Source: an uncultured candidate division Zixibacteria bacterium
GTDB taxonomy: Bacteria; Zixibacteria; MSB-5A5; RBG-16-43-9
Length of the DNA stretch: 64,000 nucleotides
Reading direction: 5' to 3'
Assembly (NCBI GenBank): GCA_963713865.1
Contig: OY970208.1
Span: 1,506,449 to 1,570,448, forward strand
Shown: positions 1 through 8,602 of the stretch, piece after piece
How the letters are laid out: each line of letters opens with the position of its first letter
How positions within the stretch are numbered: the stretch's first letter is position 1
Program-made: the position numbers and the translations under genes
The notes under the pieces: generated by a model
Told to the model about the DNA's origin: nothing
Databases searched by the model: none
Seen by the model: the letters and a program-made list of their open reading frames with translations, nothing else

Positions 1-936
1 TCCTTTGAGAAGCTTGGAGTAAAAAGTGAACTATTTTATCCTTTAAGCCCTTTTGAATACTGGGGCAGGGTGAATTTTTTGAAGATCGGAATAATTTATT
101 CTGACCTGATTAATACAGTTAGTGAAAGATATGCAGTTGAGATTCAATCAGGACCTGAGTTCGGATATGGGATGGAGGGAGTTTTACGAGATAGAAGCCA
201 GGACCTATACGGGGTATTAAATGGAGCAGATTATGAGGAGTGGAGCCCGGAAAAAGATAAACTAATTCCTTATAATTATGGTAAAGGGAACCTGTGGGTA
301 AAAACAAAAAATAAAGAATTTCTGTTGAAACAGGCGAACTTAGGTTATGATGAAAATATCCCTTTGATCGGGATGATCTCCAGATTAGCTGACCAGAAGG
401 GATTTGACCTGCTTCAAGAGATTGCAAATAGACTTTTGTCATTAGAGCTTAAATTAGTGATTTTGGGGACGGGCGAGGAAAAATATCATAGATTTCTACC
501 GGAGCTGGAGAAAAAATATCCTGAAAAGATGAAAGTATATCTTAAATATGATAATAAATTAGCGCATCTGATTGAAGCCGGGTCAGATATCTTTCTTATG
601 CCTTCAAGGTATGAGCCTTGTGGTTTGAATCAGTTATATAGTTTAAAATATGGTACTATCCCTGTAGTACGCGAAACTGGTGGTTTAGCAGATACCATAG
701 AGAATTATAATCTACGGACGAAAAAAGGAACAGGGTTTGTTTTTAAAGATTATAATGGTGAGGAGCTTTTCTTTGCCCTGAAAAGAGCCTTAGAACTTTT
801 CAAAGACAAAACTGCCTGGAATAATCTTATAGTTGAGGGGATGGAAAAGGATTTTTCCTGGGAAGCTTCAGCTGAGAAATATATCCGGCTGTATGAAAAA
901 GCAGTAGCAAAAAGGAGAGAGGCTATTAAAGGCTAA
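1..936 (+). CDS. glgA: glycogen synthase GlgA, C-terminal portion; 5' end lies outside the window
   Basis: Frame of ORF 70..936 is open back to base 1. Translation shows bacterial glycogen synthase C-domain motifs (ISRLADQKGFDL, LVILGTGE, FLMPSRYEPCGLNQL). Confidence 0.85.
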   Translation, partial: SFEKLGVKSELFYPLSPFEYWGRVNFLKIGIIYSDLINTVSERYAVEIQSGPEFGYGMEGVLRDRSQDLYGVLNGADYEEWSPEKDKLIPYNYGKGNLWVKTKNKEFLLKQANLGYDENIPLIGMISRLADQKGFDLLQEIANRLLSLELKLVILGTGEEKYHRFLPELEKKYPEKMKVYLKYDNKLAHLIEAGSDIFLMPSRYEPCGLNQLYSLKYGTIPVVRETGGLADTIENYNLRTKKGTGFVFKDYNGEELFFALKRALELFKDKTAWNNLIVEGMEKDFSWEASAEKYIRLYEKAVAKRREAIKG

Positions 937-1092
937 AGGTTATTGGAGATAGTTTAAAGGCTGGTTGTTGATCTCCGGACCAACGAAGAGCAGAGTACCT
1001 ATACCTGTCCGGACTATCTAAAAAAATTTATTGACAATTTTTTTCCGGGCGTATATCTTGAAACTGGATCAGAATTTGGGTCCAGCGGATAA

Positions 1093-1169
1093 GCGGGAAT
1101 AGCTCAGTTGGCTAGAGCGTCACCTTGCCAAGGTGAATGTCGCGGGTTCAAATCCCGTTTCCCGCTCCA
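1093..1169 (+). tRNA. tRNA-Gly (anticodon GCC)
   Basis: Cloverleaf read by eye: acceptor GCGGGAA/TTCCCGC, anticodon loop TTGCCAA, T-loop TTCAAAT, encoded CCA. Confidence 0.9.
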
Positions 1170-1170
1170 A

Positions 1171-1196
1171 TTTTTGTCCGGAGGACAAAAATTGGT
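1171..1196 (+). terminator. stem-loop tttttgtcc-gga-ggacaaaaa immediately 3' of tRNA-Gly
   Basis: Perfect 9-bp inverted repeat seen in the sequence. Confidence 0.35.
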
Positions 1197-1288
1197 TAAT
1201 AGTTAATGGTTCATAGTAAGCAGTAAAAATCTATTTCTATGAACTATCTACTATGAACTAATAACTATCCTGCCTACAGCGGGATTCC

Positions 1289-1360
<72 letters not shown>

Positions 1361-1488
1361 TTTTAAATACAGTTTAAAAGTTTAAGAGTTTAGAAGTTTA
1401 TCAAGATATCATCAATACCTATTTTTTATCGTTTAAGACTATAAAAAAGGAAAGGGATAAACCCCTCCCCTATATAAGGCAGAAAATT

Positions 1489-2202
1489 ATGATTAAAAAG
1501 GTCGAAAAAGAGATCAGGGGATTTTTAAAGAAGAATGCAGACGAAAGAATCGTGAAAAAATATGCCCGATATTTTAATGAAGGGTATGACTCTTACGGAA
1601 TCGATAAAGAGTTATTCAGTCAAAAAAGAGAAGAGTGGTTTGAATTCTGCAAGAAAAATTTATCTTTAAAGGAAATTCTTGCCCTGGGTGAGAATCTGAT
1701 TAAAACCGGAAAGTATGAAGAGGCATCGGTCGCGCTTGATTTTTTCACTCGCTTAAAAGAGAATTACAATAAGAAAATGTTTGATATCATCGGGAAATGG
1801 TTTCAGAAATATATAATTAACTGGGCACATTCTGATTGGGCATGTAGTGATATTTTATATTTCTTCATCAAAGATAAAGTAGTTTCCCTTAAAGAGCTGG
1901 TGGATTGGACAAAGTCATCCTCTAAATGGAAAAGGAGAGCGGTAGCAGTTACCCTGGTGAAATTGGTCTCAAAAGATGATTACATCAAAGAAGGTTTATC
2001 CGTTTCCCGAAAACTTATCCTTGATCCGGAAAGGGTTGTTCATCAGGGTGTGGGCTGGCTTTTAAGGGAGACCTGGAAAAAATCACCCGTAGAGGTTGAA
2101 AATTTTCTCTTCAAATGGAAAGATATAGCTCCACGCCTGGTAATCCTGTATGCAACTGAAAAGATTGATAAAGAGAAAAGGAAGAGATTCAGGAAAGATT
2201 GA
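1489..2202 (+). CDS. DNA alkylation repair enzyme (AlkD/AlkC-like HEAT-repeat glycosylase), 237 aa
   Basis: Length and motifs (SKWKRRAVAV) recalled from the DNA_alkylation family. Weak AG-rich RBS upstream. Confidence 0.5.
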   Translation: MIKKVEKEIRGFLKKNADERIVKKYARYFNEGYDSYGIDKELFSQKREEWFEFCKKNLSLKEILALGENLIKTGKYEEASVALDFFTRLKENYNKKMFDIIGKWFQKYIINWAHSDWACSDILYFFIKDKVVSLKELVDWTKSSSKWKRRAVAVTLVKLVSKDDYIKEGLSVSRKLILDPERVVHQGVGWLLRETWKKSPVEVENFLFKWKDIAPRLVILYATEKIDKEKRKRFRKD

Positions 2203-2272
2203 AAAAAGGGCTTCGTAGGCGGGGCTCCCAGCCCTGCAAAATAAGTTTTAGAGAGTTCTCAAAAAGAAAGCT

Positions 2273-2301
2273 TGACAACCATATCTGATTTTATATAATT
2301 A
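2273..2301 (+). promoter_or_regulatory. sigma70-like promoter TTGACA-N17-TATAAT upstream of tRNA-Leu
   Basis: Exact consensus hexamers with 17-bp spacer read directly. Confidence 0.5.
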
Positions 2302-2387
2302 TTTTTTCGAGAGGTTAAATGTTGGGAAGTTCTTAGAGTGGGGATGACTATAAACTAACAACTATGAACGGATAACTGTTTTTATTT

Positions 2388-2473
2388 GCCGGAGTGGCGA
2401 AATAGGTAGACGCAAGGGACTTAAAATCCCTCGGTGATGTATCACTGTCCCGGTTCAATTCCGGGCTCCGGCA
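2388..2473 (+). tRNA. tRNA-Leu (anticodon TAA), type II with long variable arm
   Basis: Acceptor GCCGGAG/CTCCGGC, D-region TGGCGAAATAGGTAGACGC, anticodon stem AGGGA/TCCCT with loop CTTAAAA, long variable arm, T-arm CCCGGTTCAATTCCGGG. Confidence 0.9.
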
Positions 2474-2482
2474 TTTTGTTTT

Positions 2483-2516
2483 GTAGGGGTTCAAAATTTT
2501 GAACCCCTACTTTTAA
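2483..2516 (+). terminator. rho-independent terminator (gtaggggttcaaaattttgaacccctac + TTTT)
   Basis: GC-rich inverted repeat followed by a T-run. Confidence 0.6.
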
Positions 2517-2801
2517 TAAACCACGCAAGTCTGAGGTTTTACCCAACATTTTCATTCAATATTAGATACAATTAAAAAAAGTTTTAAATTTTATTTGCAA
2601 AGTATTCAATTTTTTGATATTATAGATATAATTATAAGGTAGGATATGGTTTTCTGAATATGAATCCGTATATGAAGCAAGAAATATTCTTTGACAATTT
2701 CTCTCGGTGCTATTCTGCAGAAATAAACCAGGCCTTAAGGAAAAAGATTTTGAGTTTGAAGATTTGATTAATAGAAATTTTTAAACAATTTAGAGAAGGA
2801 G

Positions 2802-3998
2802 ATTAAGACGAAGATACTTTTAATTAACCCCCCGGCGATAAACTTTTATCACCGGATTGGCCTCAAGCTTCCTCCTTTGGGCCTGGCTTATTTAACCAGC
2901 ATCTTAAGAGAGAAAAAGCACGAAGTGAGAATTGTGGATTTGAATGTGGAGTCTTTTGATTACCGATATCTTCCGTATCAGGATTTCGACTTAGTTGGAA
3001 TTTCAGTTGATACCACACGCTATCCTGTTTCCCAGAAGATCGCTCGTGCGGCTAAAAGGCACAGGGTAAAAGTTGTGATGGGTGGACCGCATGCTACTTT
3101 TTTTGATGAAGAGATTCTGACCTCTGATTCAGTTGACTACGTGATAAGGGGTGAGGGTGAATATGGCATTTTAGATTTAGTGGAGACGTTAGGAAATGGA
3201 GGGGAGGTTAAGAAAGTAAATGGGTTGTCCTTCCGTGATAACGGCACCTGGGATAAAAATCCTCCTCGCCCTTATATTCAAAACTTGGATTTTTTACCTT
3301 TTCCTGCCAGAGACCTTTTACCTTTGAACCTTTATACTCTTAATATGGGAAAAAGGTTCAGCGCTACCATGGTTACTTCAAGGGGATGTCCTTTCAACTG
3401 TGATTTCTGTTCCTGTTCCGAGTTTTCCGGGATAAAATGGAGGACCAGATCAGTTGAGAATATTATGGATGAAGTTTCGATCCTTTATAATCGCTACGGC
3501 TATCGAGCTATCGCTTTCTTAGATGACAACTTTACCTTGAATCCCAACCGGGTAATAAATTTCTGTGAAAAGATATTACAAAAGGGATGGGATTTAGAAT
3601 GGTGGGCTTTTTCCAGAATTGATACTATCGTAAAGAATGAAAAGATGGTTGAGATGATGAGCAAAGCCGGGCTAAAACAGGTTTTTATCGGATTTGAGAG
3701 TGCTAATCAGGAGACCTTAGATGGCTTCGGAAAAAATTTAGAGGTGGACACTGTTTTCAAAGGGATGGAGATTCTAAAGAAAAACAAGATCGATGTCTGG
3801 GGAAGCTTTATAATCGGAGGATTAGATGAGAGTAAAAAGATGGTTAAAGAGACCATCCGCTTTGCTAAAAAACTTAATCCAGCTTATGCCCAGTTCTCCA
3901 TTTTGACCCCCTATCCAGGAACCCGGCTTTACGATGCAGTAAAAGATAAGCTTATAACTGATAACTGGGAGATCTTCTGGGGGGACAACCGGTTATGA
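2802..3998 (+). CDS. B12-binding-domain radical SAM protein. The reading frame is broken by a frameshift at the G6 run 3979-3984, and the N-terminus extends upstream of the first canonical start.
   Basis: N-terminal KILLINPP...PPLGLAYL B12-binding signature. CPFNCDFC is the CxxxCxxC radical SAM motif. Frame open from 2775 with AAGGAG at 2796-2801 and no ATG/GTG/TTG before TTG 2877. Confidence 0.7.
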   Translation: MKTKILLINPPAINFYHRIGLKLPPLGLAYLTSILREKKHEVRIVDLNVESFDYRYLPYQDFDLVGISVDTTRYPVSQKIARAAKRHRVKVVMGGPHATFFDEEILTSDSVDYVIRGEGEYGILDLVETLGNGGEVKKVNGLSFRDNGTWDKNPPRPYIQNLDFLPFPARDLLPLNLYTLNMGKRFSATMVTSRGCPFNCDFCSCSEFSGIKWRTRSVENIMDEVSILYNRYGYRAIAFLDDNFTLNPNRVINFCEKILQKGWDLEWWAFSRIDTIVKNEKMVEMMSKAGLKQVFIGFESANQETLDGFGKNLEVDTVFKGMEILKKNKIDVWGSFIIGGLDESKKMVKETIRFAKKLNPAYAQFSILTPYPGTRLYDAVKDKLITDNWEIFWGDNRL

Positions 3999-4201
3999 GC
4001 CTGGACAAGATTACTCCCAAGGAGTTGCAAAGATTAATCATCCGGGCTTATCTTTCCTTTTACTTAAGACCTAAGAAAATTTTTCAACTGGGTCTGCCTT
4101 ATCTTTATCAACTTTTCTGGGGATATAAAAAGAGGGGAATGATTCCCTTAGAGAAGATGAATAATGATTGGGTTCCTACTAAAAGTATCCTGATAGCGTA
4201 A
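3995..4201 (+). CDS. C-terminal fragment of the same radical SAM protein in another frame (contains the FYLRP motif)
   Basis: Frame open from 3965. RAYLSFYLRPKKIF matches the conserved C-terminal motif of B12-binding radical SAM enzymes. Confidence 0.6.
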   Translation: MSLDKITPKELQRLIIRAYLSFYLRPKKIFQLGLPYLYQLFWGYKKRGMIPLEKMNNDWVPTKSILIA

Positions 4202-4217
4202 AATTTATAGAATACTG

Positions 4218-4910
4218 ATGAATCAAGAACTGATAAATTCAGGGACCCTGTATCTGGTCAGTACCCCGATAGGTAATTTAGAGGACATAACTTTCAGAGC
4301 TCTGAGAATTTTAAAAGAAGTTAATCTAATTGCCGCTGAGGATACCAGGAAAACCGTAATTCTCCTTAAATATTATTCCATTTCCAATCGTCTTACTAAC
4401 TATCATGATTTTAATAAAGAAAAAAAAGTTCATTCATTGATGCAGGAATTAAAAGCTGGCAATTCCGTTGCCCTGGTTTCAGATGCAGGTACTCCGGGGA
4501 TTTCTGATCCGGCTTTTCTTTTAGTCAAGTTAGCCATTCAGGAAGGGATCAGGGTGGAATCTGTACCGGGACCTACAGCTTTAGTCTCAGCCTTGATAAT
4601 CTCAGGTCTTCCGACAGATAAATTTGTATTTGAAGGTTTTCTTCCTGCCAAAGCGGGGAAAAGAAAAAAGAGGATTACTGAACTATCCGAGGAAAAAAGA
4701 ACCCTGATCTTTTACGAATCACCTCATCGATTTTTGAAAACTCTAGAAGACCTTTTAAGTATATTAGGAGATAGAAGAATCAGCATAGCCCGGGAGTTGA
4801 CCAAAAAGTTCGAAGAAGTAAAAAGGGGCAATTTATCAGAAATAATAGAGTATTTTAAAACTATGAAGATCAAAGGAGAGTTGGTAATAGTGATTGAAGG
4901 GGAAAAGTAA
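4218..4910 (+). CDS. rsmI: 16S rRNA (cytidine1402-2'-O)-methyltransferase RsmI
   Basis: TLYLVSTPIGNLEDITFRALRILKEVNLIAAEDTR is the tetrapyrrole-methylase-type RsmI N-terminus. 230 aa. Confidence 0.9.
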   Translation: MNQELINSGTLYLVSTPIGNLEDITFRALRILKEVNLIAAEDTRKTVILLKYYSISNRLTNYHDFNKEKKVHSLMQELKAGNSVALVSDAGTPGISDPAFLLVKLAIQEGIRVESVPGPTALVSALIISGLPTDKFVFEGFLPAKAGKRKKRITELSEEKRTLIFYESPHRFLKTLEDLLSILGDRRISIARELTKKFEEVKRGNLSEIIEYFKTMKIKGELVIVIEGEK

Positions 4911-5035
4911 AGCTTGAATTCTGCATCTTCAGGGTTTATCCCTGATGTTTTGCTCTTCGTTGATGTCTTCACTAATGAAGAGTAAATCGTTGATCAGGAG
5001 ATCAACAAATAGCGGAGTTTCTTTAGTCCCACAAA

Positions 5036-5980
5036 ATGCGGGACGTTACGATACGAAAAGAAAACATGAAAAAGAATTCAATCTTTCTACCAGTTGATTG
5101 GGCAACTATTATTTATCTTTTAGTTTTGAGCCTTATAATTCTATTTTTCAAACATAATCAGCCTCTCTGGCATTATTATCTCATTTTCAATTTCTCTATT
5201 TTAGTTTTTATTCTTTTAGTGGTGAAATTCCTATCTTTTCCTTATGGTGTAGCAGGGTTTATCAGGCACTGGTATCCGGTTATTCTTTTCACCTTTCTGT
5301 ATGAGGAGACCCGTTACCTGGTTCATATTATTTTTCCGGGCTTTTTTGATTTCTGGATCAATAATTTAGAATTTAACCTCTTCGGAAATTATCCTACGGT
5401 CTTTTTGGAAAAATATTCTATTCCGATCTTGAATGAATATTTTCTATTAGCTTATTTCTCCTACTATTTTCTTCTACCTGTTTCCGGGATTGCTCTTTAT
5501 TTTGGTAAAAAGATAAAGGAGTTCGATAGGATGGTTTTTACCTCAGCCATTGTTTTTTATATCTCCTATCTGGGATTTATCTTTTTTCCGGTTGAAGGAC
5601 CCAGATATGCTCTTTCGGCTGTTCATCAAATTCCAATAAAAGGGTTTATTTTTGTGCCTTTAGCCCAGTGGATAGTTAAAGTGGGTGGTTTACACGGTGG
5701 CTGTATGCCCAGCTCTCATGTAGCAATTGCGTGTGTGGTTTTTGTATTTTCTTACCGGTATGTCCGGAAGCTATTTTATTTTTTTGGTCCCTTGATCATT
5801 AGCCTTTTTATTGGCACAGTTTGGGGTCGGTTTCATTATTTTTTAGATGTTTTAGCCGGGATTATAGTAGGTCTTTTGAGCCTGTACCTGGTTGAGAAAA
5901 TTGAGCGTTTCAGGGAAAAGAAAAAAGAATTCAATTTTCAGGACAAGGATTTTTCACTTGACTTAGTTGAAAAGAAATGA
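5036..5980 (+). CDS. polytopic membrane protein with PAP2_C / sphingomyelin-synthase-like motifs; candidate inositol-phosphotransferase or phosphatase
   Basis: Multiple TM segments. CMPSSHVAIA resembles the SMS/IPC-synthase D3 motif and FHYFLDVLAG resembles the D4 H-Y-x2-D-V motif. Adjacent to a CDP-alcohol transferase and MIPS. Confidence 0.5.
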   Translation: MRDVTIRKENMKKNSIFLPVDWATIIYLLVLSLIILFFKHNQPLWHYYLIFNFSILVFILLVVKFLSFPYGVAGFIRHWYPVILFTFLYEETRYLVHIIFPGFFDFWINNLEFNLFGNYPTVFLEKYSIPILNEYFLLAYFSYYFLLPVSGIALYFGKKIKEFDRMVFTSAIVFYISYLGFIFFPVEGPRYALSAVHQIPIKGFIFVPLAQWIVKVGGLHGGCMPSSHVAIACVVFVFSYRYVRKLFYFFGPLIISLFIGTVWGRFHYFLDVLAGIIVGLLSLYLVEKIERFREKKKEFNFQDKDFSLDLVEKK

Positions 5981-6006
5981 TATTATAGTTTTTTAAAATT
6001 TGTCTT

Positions 6007-6633
6007 ATGGCAGAGATTAAACTTTTAAATAGATATTTAGTGAATGGCTTCCTTACGGTAATTGAGCCAATTGCTAAGCTTTTAATAAGCTTAAAAGTGC
6101 ATCCTCATGTGGTAACCTTTGCCGGGTTAGGGTTTAGTATTTTTGCGGCTTTTTTCTTCAAAGATGGGGAGTTTTTTAATGCTGGAATTATGGTTATTTT
6201 AGCCGGAATCTGTGACGTACTTGATGGTAGACTGGCAAGGGAGACTAATAAGATGAGCAAGTTTGGGGCTTTATTTGACTCCAGCATCGATCGTTATTCT
6301 GAGGTTTTGATCTTCTTGGGACTTTCCACCTATTTTCTGATGAGGAGTTCATATATAGTTTTAGTAATTATCGTAGCTATTGCCGGCTCTTTTATGGTAA
6401 GTTATACCCGTGCCCGGGCAGAGGGATTAGGGATAGAATGCAAAGTTGGGATTATGCAAAGGCAGGAAAGGATCACCTATTTAGCGGCTGGAGCTATCTT
6501 GGGCTCAATCCCCGGGACTAATAATTTATTTTTGGTACTCTCTTTGTGGATAATTGCTATTTTTGCTAATATTACCGTTTTGCAGAGAATTGTATATATT
6601 AAGAACAGATTAGAAGAATCTCAAGGAAACTAA
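6007..6633 (+). CDS. CDP-alcohol phosphatidyltransferase (PI-phosphate synthase-like)
   Basis: DVLDGRLAR-x12-FDSSIDR matches the D-G-x2-A-R...D-x3-D signature. 208 aa with TM helices. Confidence 0.8.
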   Translation: MAEIKLLNRYLVNGFLTVIEPIAKLLISLKVHPHVVTFAGLGFSIFAAFFFKDGEFFNAGIMVILAGICDVLDGRLARETNKMSKFGALFDSSIDRYSEVLIFLGLSTYFLMRSSYIVLVIIVAIAGSFMVSYTRARAEGLGIECKVGIMQRQERITYLAAGAILGSIPGTNNLFLVLSLWIIAIFANITVLQRIVYIKNRLEESQGN

Positions 6634-6648
6634 GGAAAGGAGAAAAGA

Positions 6649-7767
6649 ATGGGCAAGGTCAGGGTGGCGATAATTGGCGTGGGGAATTGTGCCTCCTCCT
6701 TTGTTCAAGGAGTTGAATATTATAAGAACGCCAGAGAAAACCAGCTTATCCCCGGGATAATGCATGTGAATTTAAGCGGGTATCATATCCGGGATATCGA
6801 ATTCTCCGCCTGCTTTGACATAGACAAAAACAAAGTAGGTAAAGATTTAAGCCAGGCGATCTTCACCTGGCCAAATAACACTTATAAATTCTGCTCGGTT
6901 CCCAATAAGGGAATCCCGGTTCACCGGGGGATGACTCATGATGGTTTAGGAGAGTATCTTTCTAAAATAATCGAGAAAGCGCCAGGGCCTACAGCGGACC
7001 TTGTGAAAATTCTCAAGGAGACCAATACAGATGTTGTGGTTAATTATTTGCCAGTAGGAAGTGAAGAAGCTACCAAATGGTATGTGGAACAGATATTAGA
7101 AGCAGGATGTGGTTTTGTCAATTGTATTCCAGTTTTCATCGCCAGGGAGAAATACTGGCAGAAAAGGTTTGCAGATCGAAATCTTCCAGTAATAGGGGAT
7201 GATATAAAATCTCAGGTTGGAGCTACTATTGTTCACCGGGTTCTTACCCGTCTTTTCCGTACCAGAGGGGTAAAGTTAGAGAGGACTTATCAATTAAATG
7301 TAGGCGGGAATACCGATTTCCTTAATATGCTTGAGCGCTCCAGACTGGAATCTAAAAAAATCTCCAAAACCGATGCAGTAACTTCTCAGTTAGATTATGA
7401 TTTGGGAAGGGATAATGTGCATATCGGACCTTCGGATTATGTTGCCTGGTTATTGGATCGAAAAACTGCCTATATTAGGTTGGAAGGGAAAACTTTTGGA
7501 GATGTTCCTTTGAATCTGGAGTTGAAATTGGAGGTTTGGGATTCACCTAACTCTGCTGGAGTGGTTATCGATGCGGTAAGATGCTGTAAATTAGCCATGG
7601 AGAATGGGCTTTCCGGAGCGATGGAGGCTCCTTCATCTTATTTTATGAAATCACCTCCTAAACAGTTTACAGATGAAGAAGCACGGGAACAGACCGAAGA
7701 GTTCATCAAGAGATATACTAAGAAACCTGCTGTTGAAAAAAGAAAGACTTCTGAAAAGAAAAGATAA
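6649..7767 (+). CDS. myo-inositol-1-phosphate synthase (bacterial/archaeal type)
   Basis: [25 protein letters not shown] is the Rossmann N-terminus typical of short MIPS. 372 aa. RBS AAGGAG upstream. Confidence 0.85.
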   Translation: MGKVRVAIIGVGNCASSFVQGVEYYKNARENQLIPGIMHVNLSGYHIRDIEFSACFDIDKNKVGKDLSQAIFTWPNNTYKFCSVPNKGIPVHRGMTHDGLGEYLSKIIEKAPGPTADLVKILKETNTDVVVNYLPVGSEEATKWYVEQILEAGCGFVNCIPVFIAREKYWQKRFADRNLPVIGDDIKSQVGATIVHRVLTRLFRTRGVKLERTYQLNVGGNTDFLNMLERSRLESKKISKTDAVTSQLDYDLGRDNVHIGPSDYVAWLLDRKTAYIRLEGKTFGDVPLNLELKLEVWDSPNSAGVVIDAVRCCKLAMENGLSGAMEAPSSYFMKSPPKQFTDEEAREQTEEFIKRYTKKPAVEKRKTSEKKR

Positions 7768-7802
7768 TCAGGGATGAAGGTGGATTTATTGATTTAAATA
7801 TA

Positions 7803-7834
7803 AAAGAGGTGGTGAAAACCACCTCTTTGTTTTG
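7803..7834 (+). terminator. rho-independent terminator (aaagaggtgg-tgaaaa-ccacctcttt + GTTTTG)
   Basis: Perfect 10-bp stem plus U-rich tail. Confidence 0.7.
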
Positions 7835-7844
7835 AAGATTTTTT

Positions 7845-7955
7845 TGTAGGGGCGACCCCCTGTGGTCGCCCGCCAATTGTGAATAACGTAGGGTAAAAAT
7901 TCAGCCTTGCGAATTAAAAAGAACGCAGCCCTGAAGGGTTGCCCTCCGAAAAAAG
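7845..7955 (+). repeat. intergenic repeat element copy A (hairpin + module 1 gtagggtaaaaattcagccttgcgaatt + module 2 gcagccctgaagggttgccctccgaaaaa)
   Basis: Modules recur at 10343-10466, 30009-30162 (inverted), 41264-41291 and 43575-43607. Confidence 0.7.
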
Positions 7956-7970
7956 ATGATATAAAATGAT

Positions 7971-8600
7971 ATGAAAGGTATTTTAATTACATTTGAAGGG
8001 ATTGATTATTCAGGGAAGACTACACAAGTGAAAAAACTTGTTGGTTATCTAAGAAGAAAAGGGCATAAGGTAATACTCTTGAGGGAACCGGGTGGAGAGA
8101 AAGTTTCGGAGAGTATCCGTCAGGTCCTTCTGTCTTCTAAGAATATCGGGATGAATCCGTTGACCGAGTTACTATTGTATATAGCTTCCAGAGCTCAGCT
8201 TGTTTCTAAAATAATTTTGCCTGCTTTAGAACAAGGCAAAATCTTAGTCTGCGATCGATTTTACGATTCGAGCTTGGCTTATCAGGGATATGGCAGGGGT
8301 CTGGATAAAAAGATGATCGAGTATCTTAATAAAATCTCAACTCTCGGAATTAAACCTGATTTAACTATTTTGATTGATATTCCTATCGAGATATTTGTAA
8401 AAAGGATGAGAAAAAATAATAAGAAAAAAGATAGAATTGAGAAGGAAAAGGTAGATTTTTATAAAAAGGTTAGAGATGGATATTTAAAGATTGCTCGAAG
8501 AGAGAAAAAAAGGTTCAGGGTGATTGATGGATCAGAAGAAATTGTAAGGGTCTGGGAAAAGGTCAAAACTGCAATAGATAATTTTTTTAAGCTGGAGTAA
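7971..8600 (+). CDS. tmk: thymidylate kinase
   Basis: MKGILITFEGIDYSGKTTQ P-loop typical of dTMP kinase. 209 aa. Confidence 0.9.
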   Translation: MKGILITFEGIDYSGKTTQVKKLVGYLRRKGHKVILLREPGGEKVSESIRQVLLSSKNIGMNPLTELLLYIASRAQLVSKIILPALEQGKILVCDRFYDSSLAYQGYGRGLDKKMIEYLNKISTLGIKPDLTILIDIPIEIFVKRMRKNNKKKDRIEKEKVDFYKKVRDGYLKIARREKKRFRVIDGSEEIVRVWEKVKTAIDNFFKLE

Positions 8601-8602
8601 AA

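Noticed and set aside
2520-2800. Possible cobalamin riboswitch upstream of the B12-binding radical SAM gene
   Set aside because: Looked for the conserved B12-box and stem architecture. Only a sigma70-like promoter and AT-rich sequence were recognisable.
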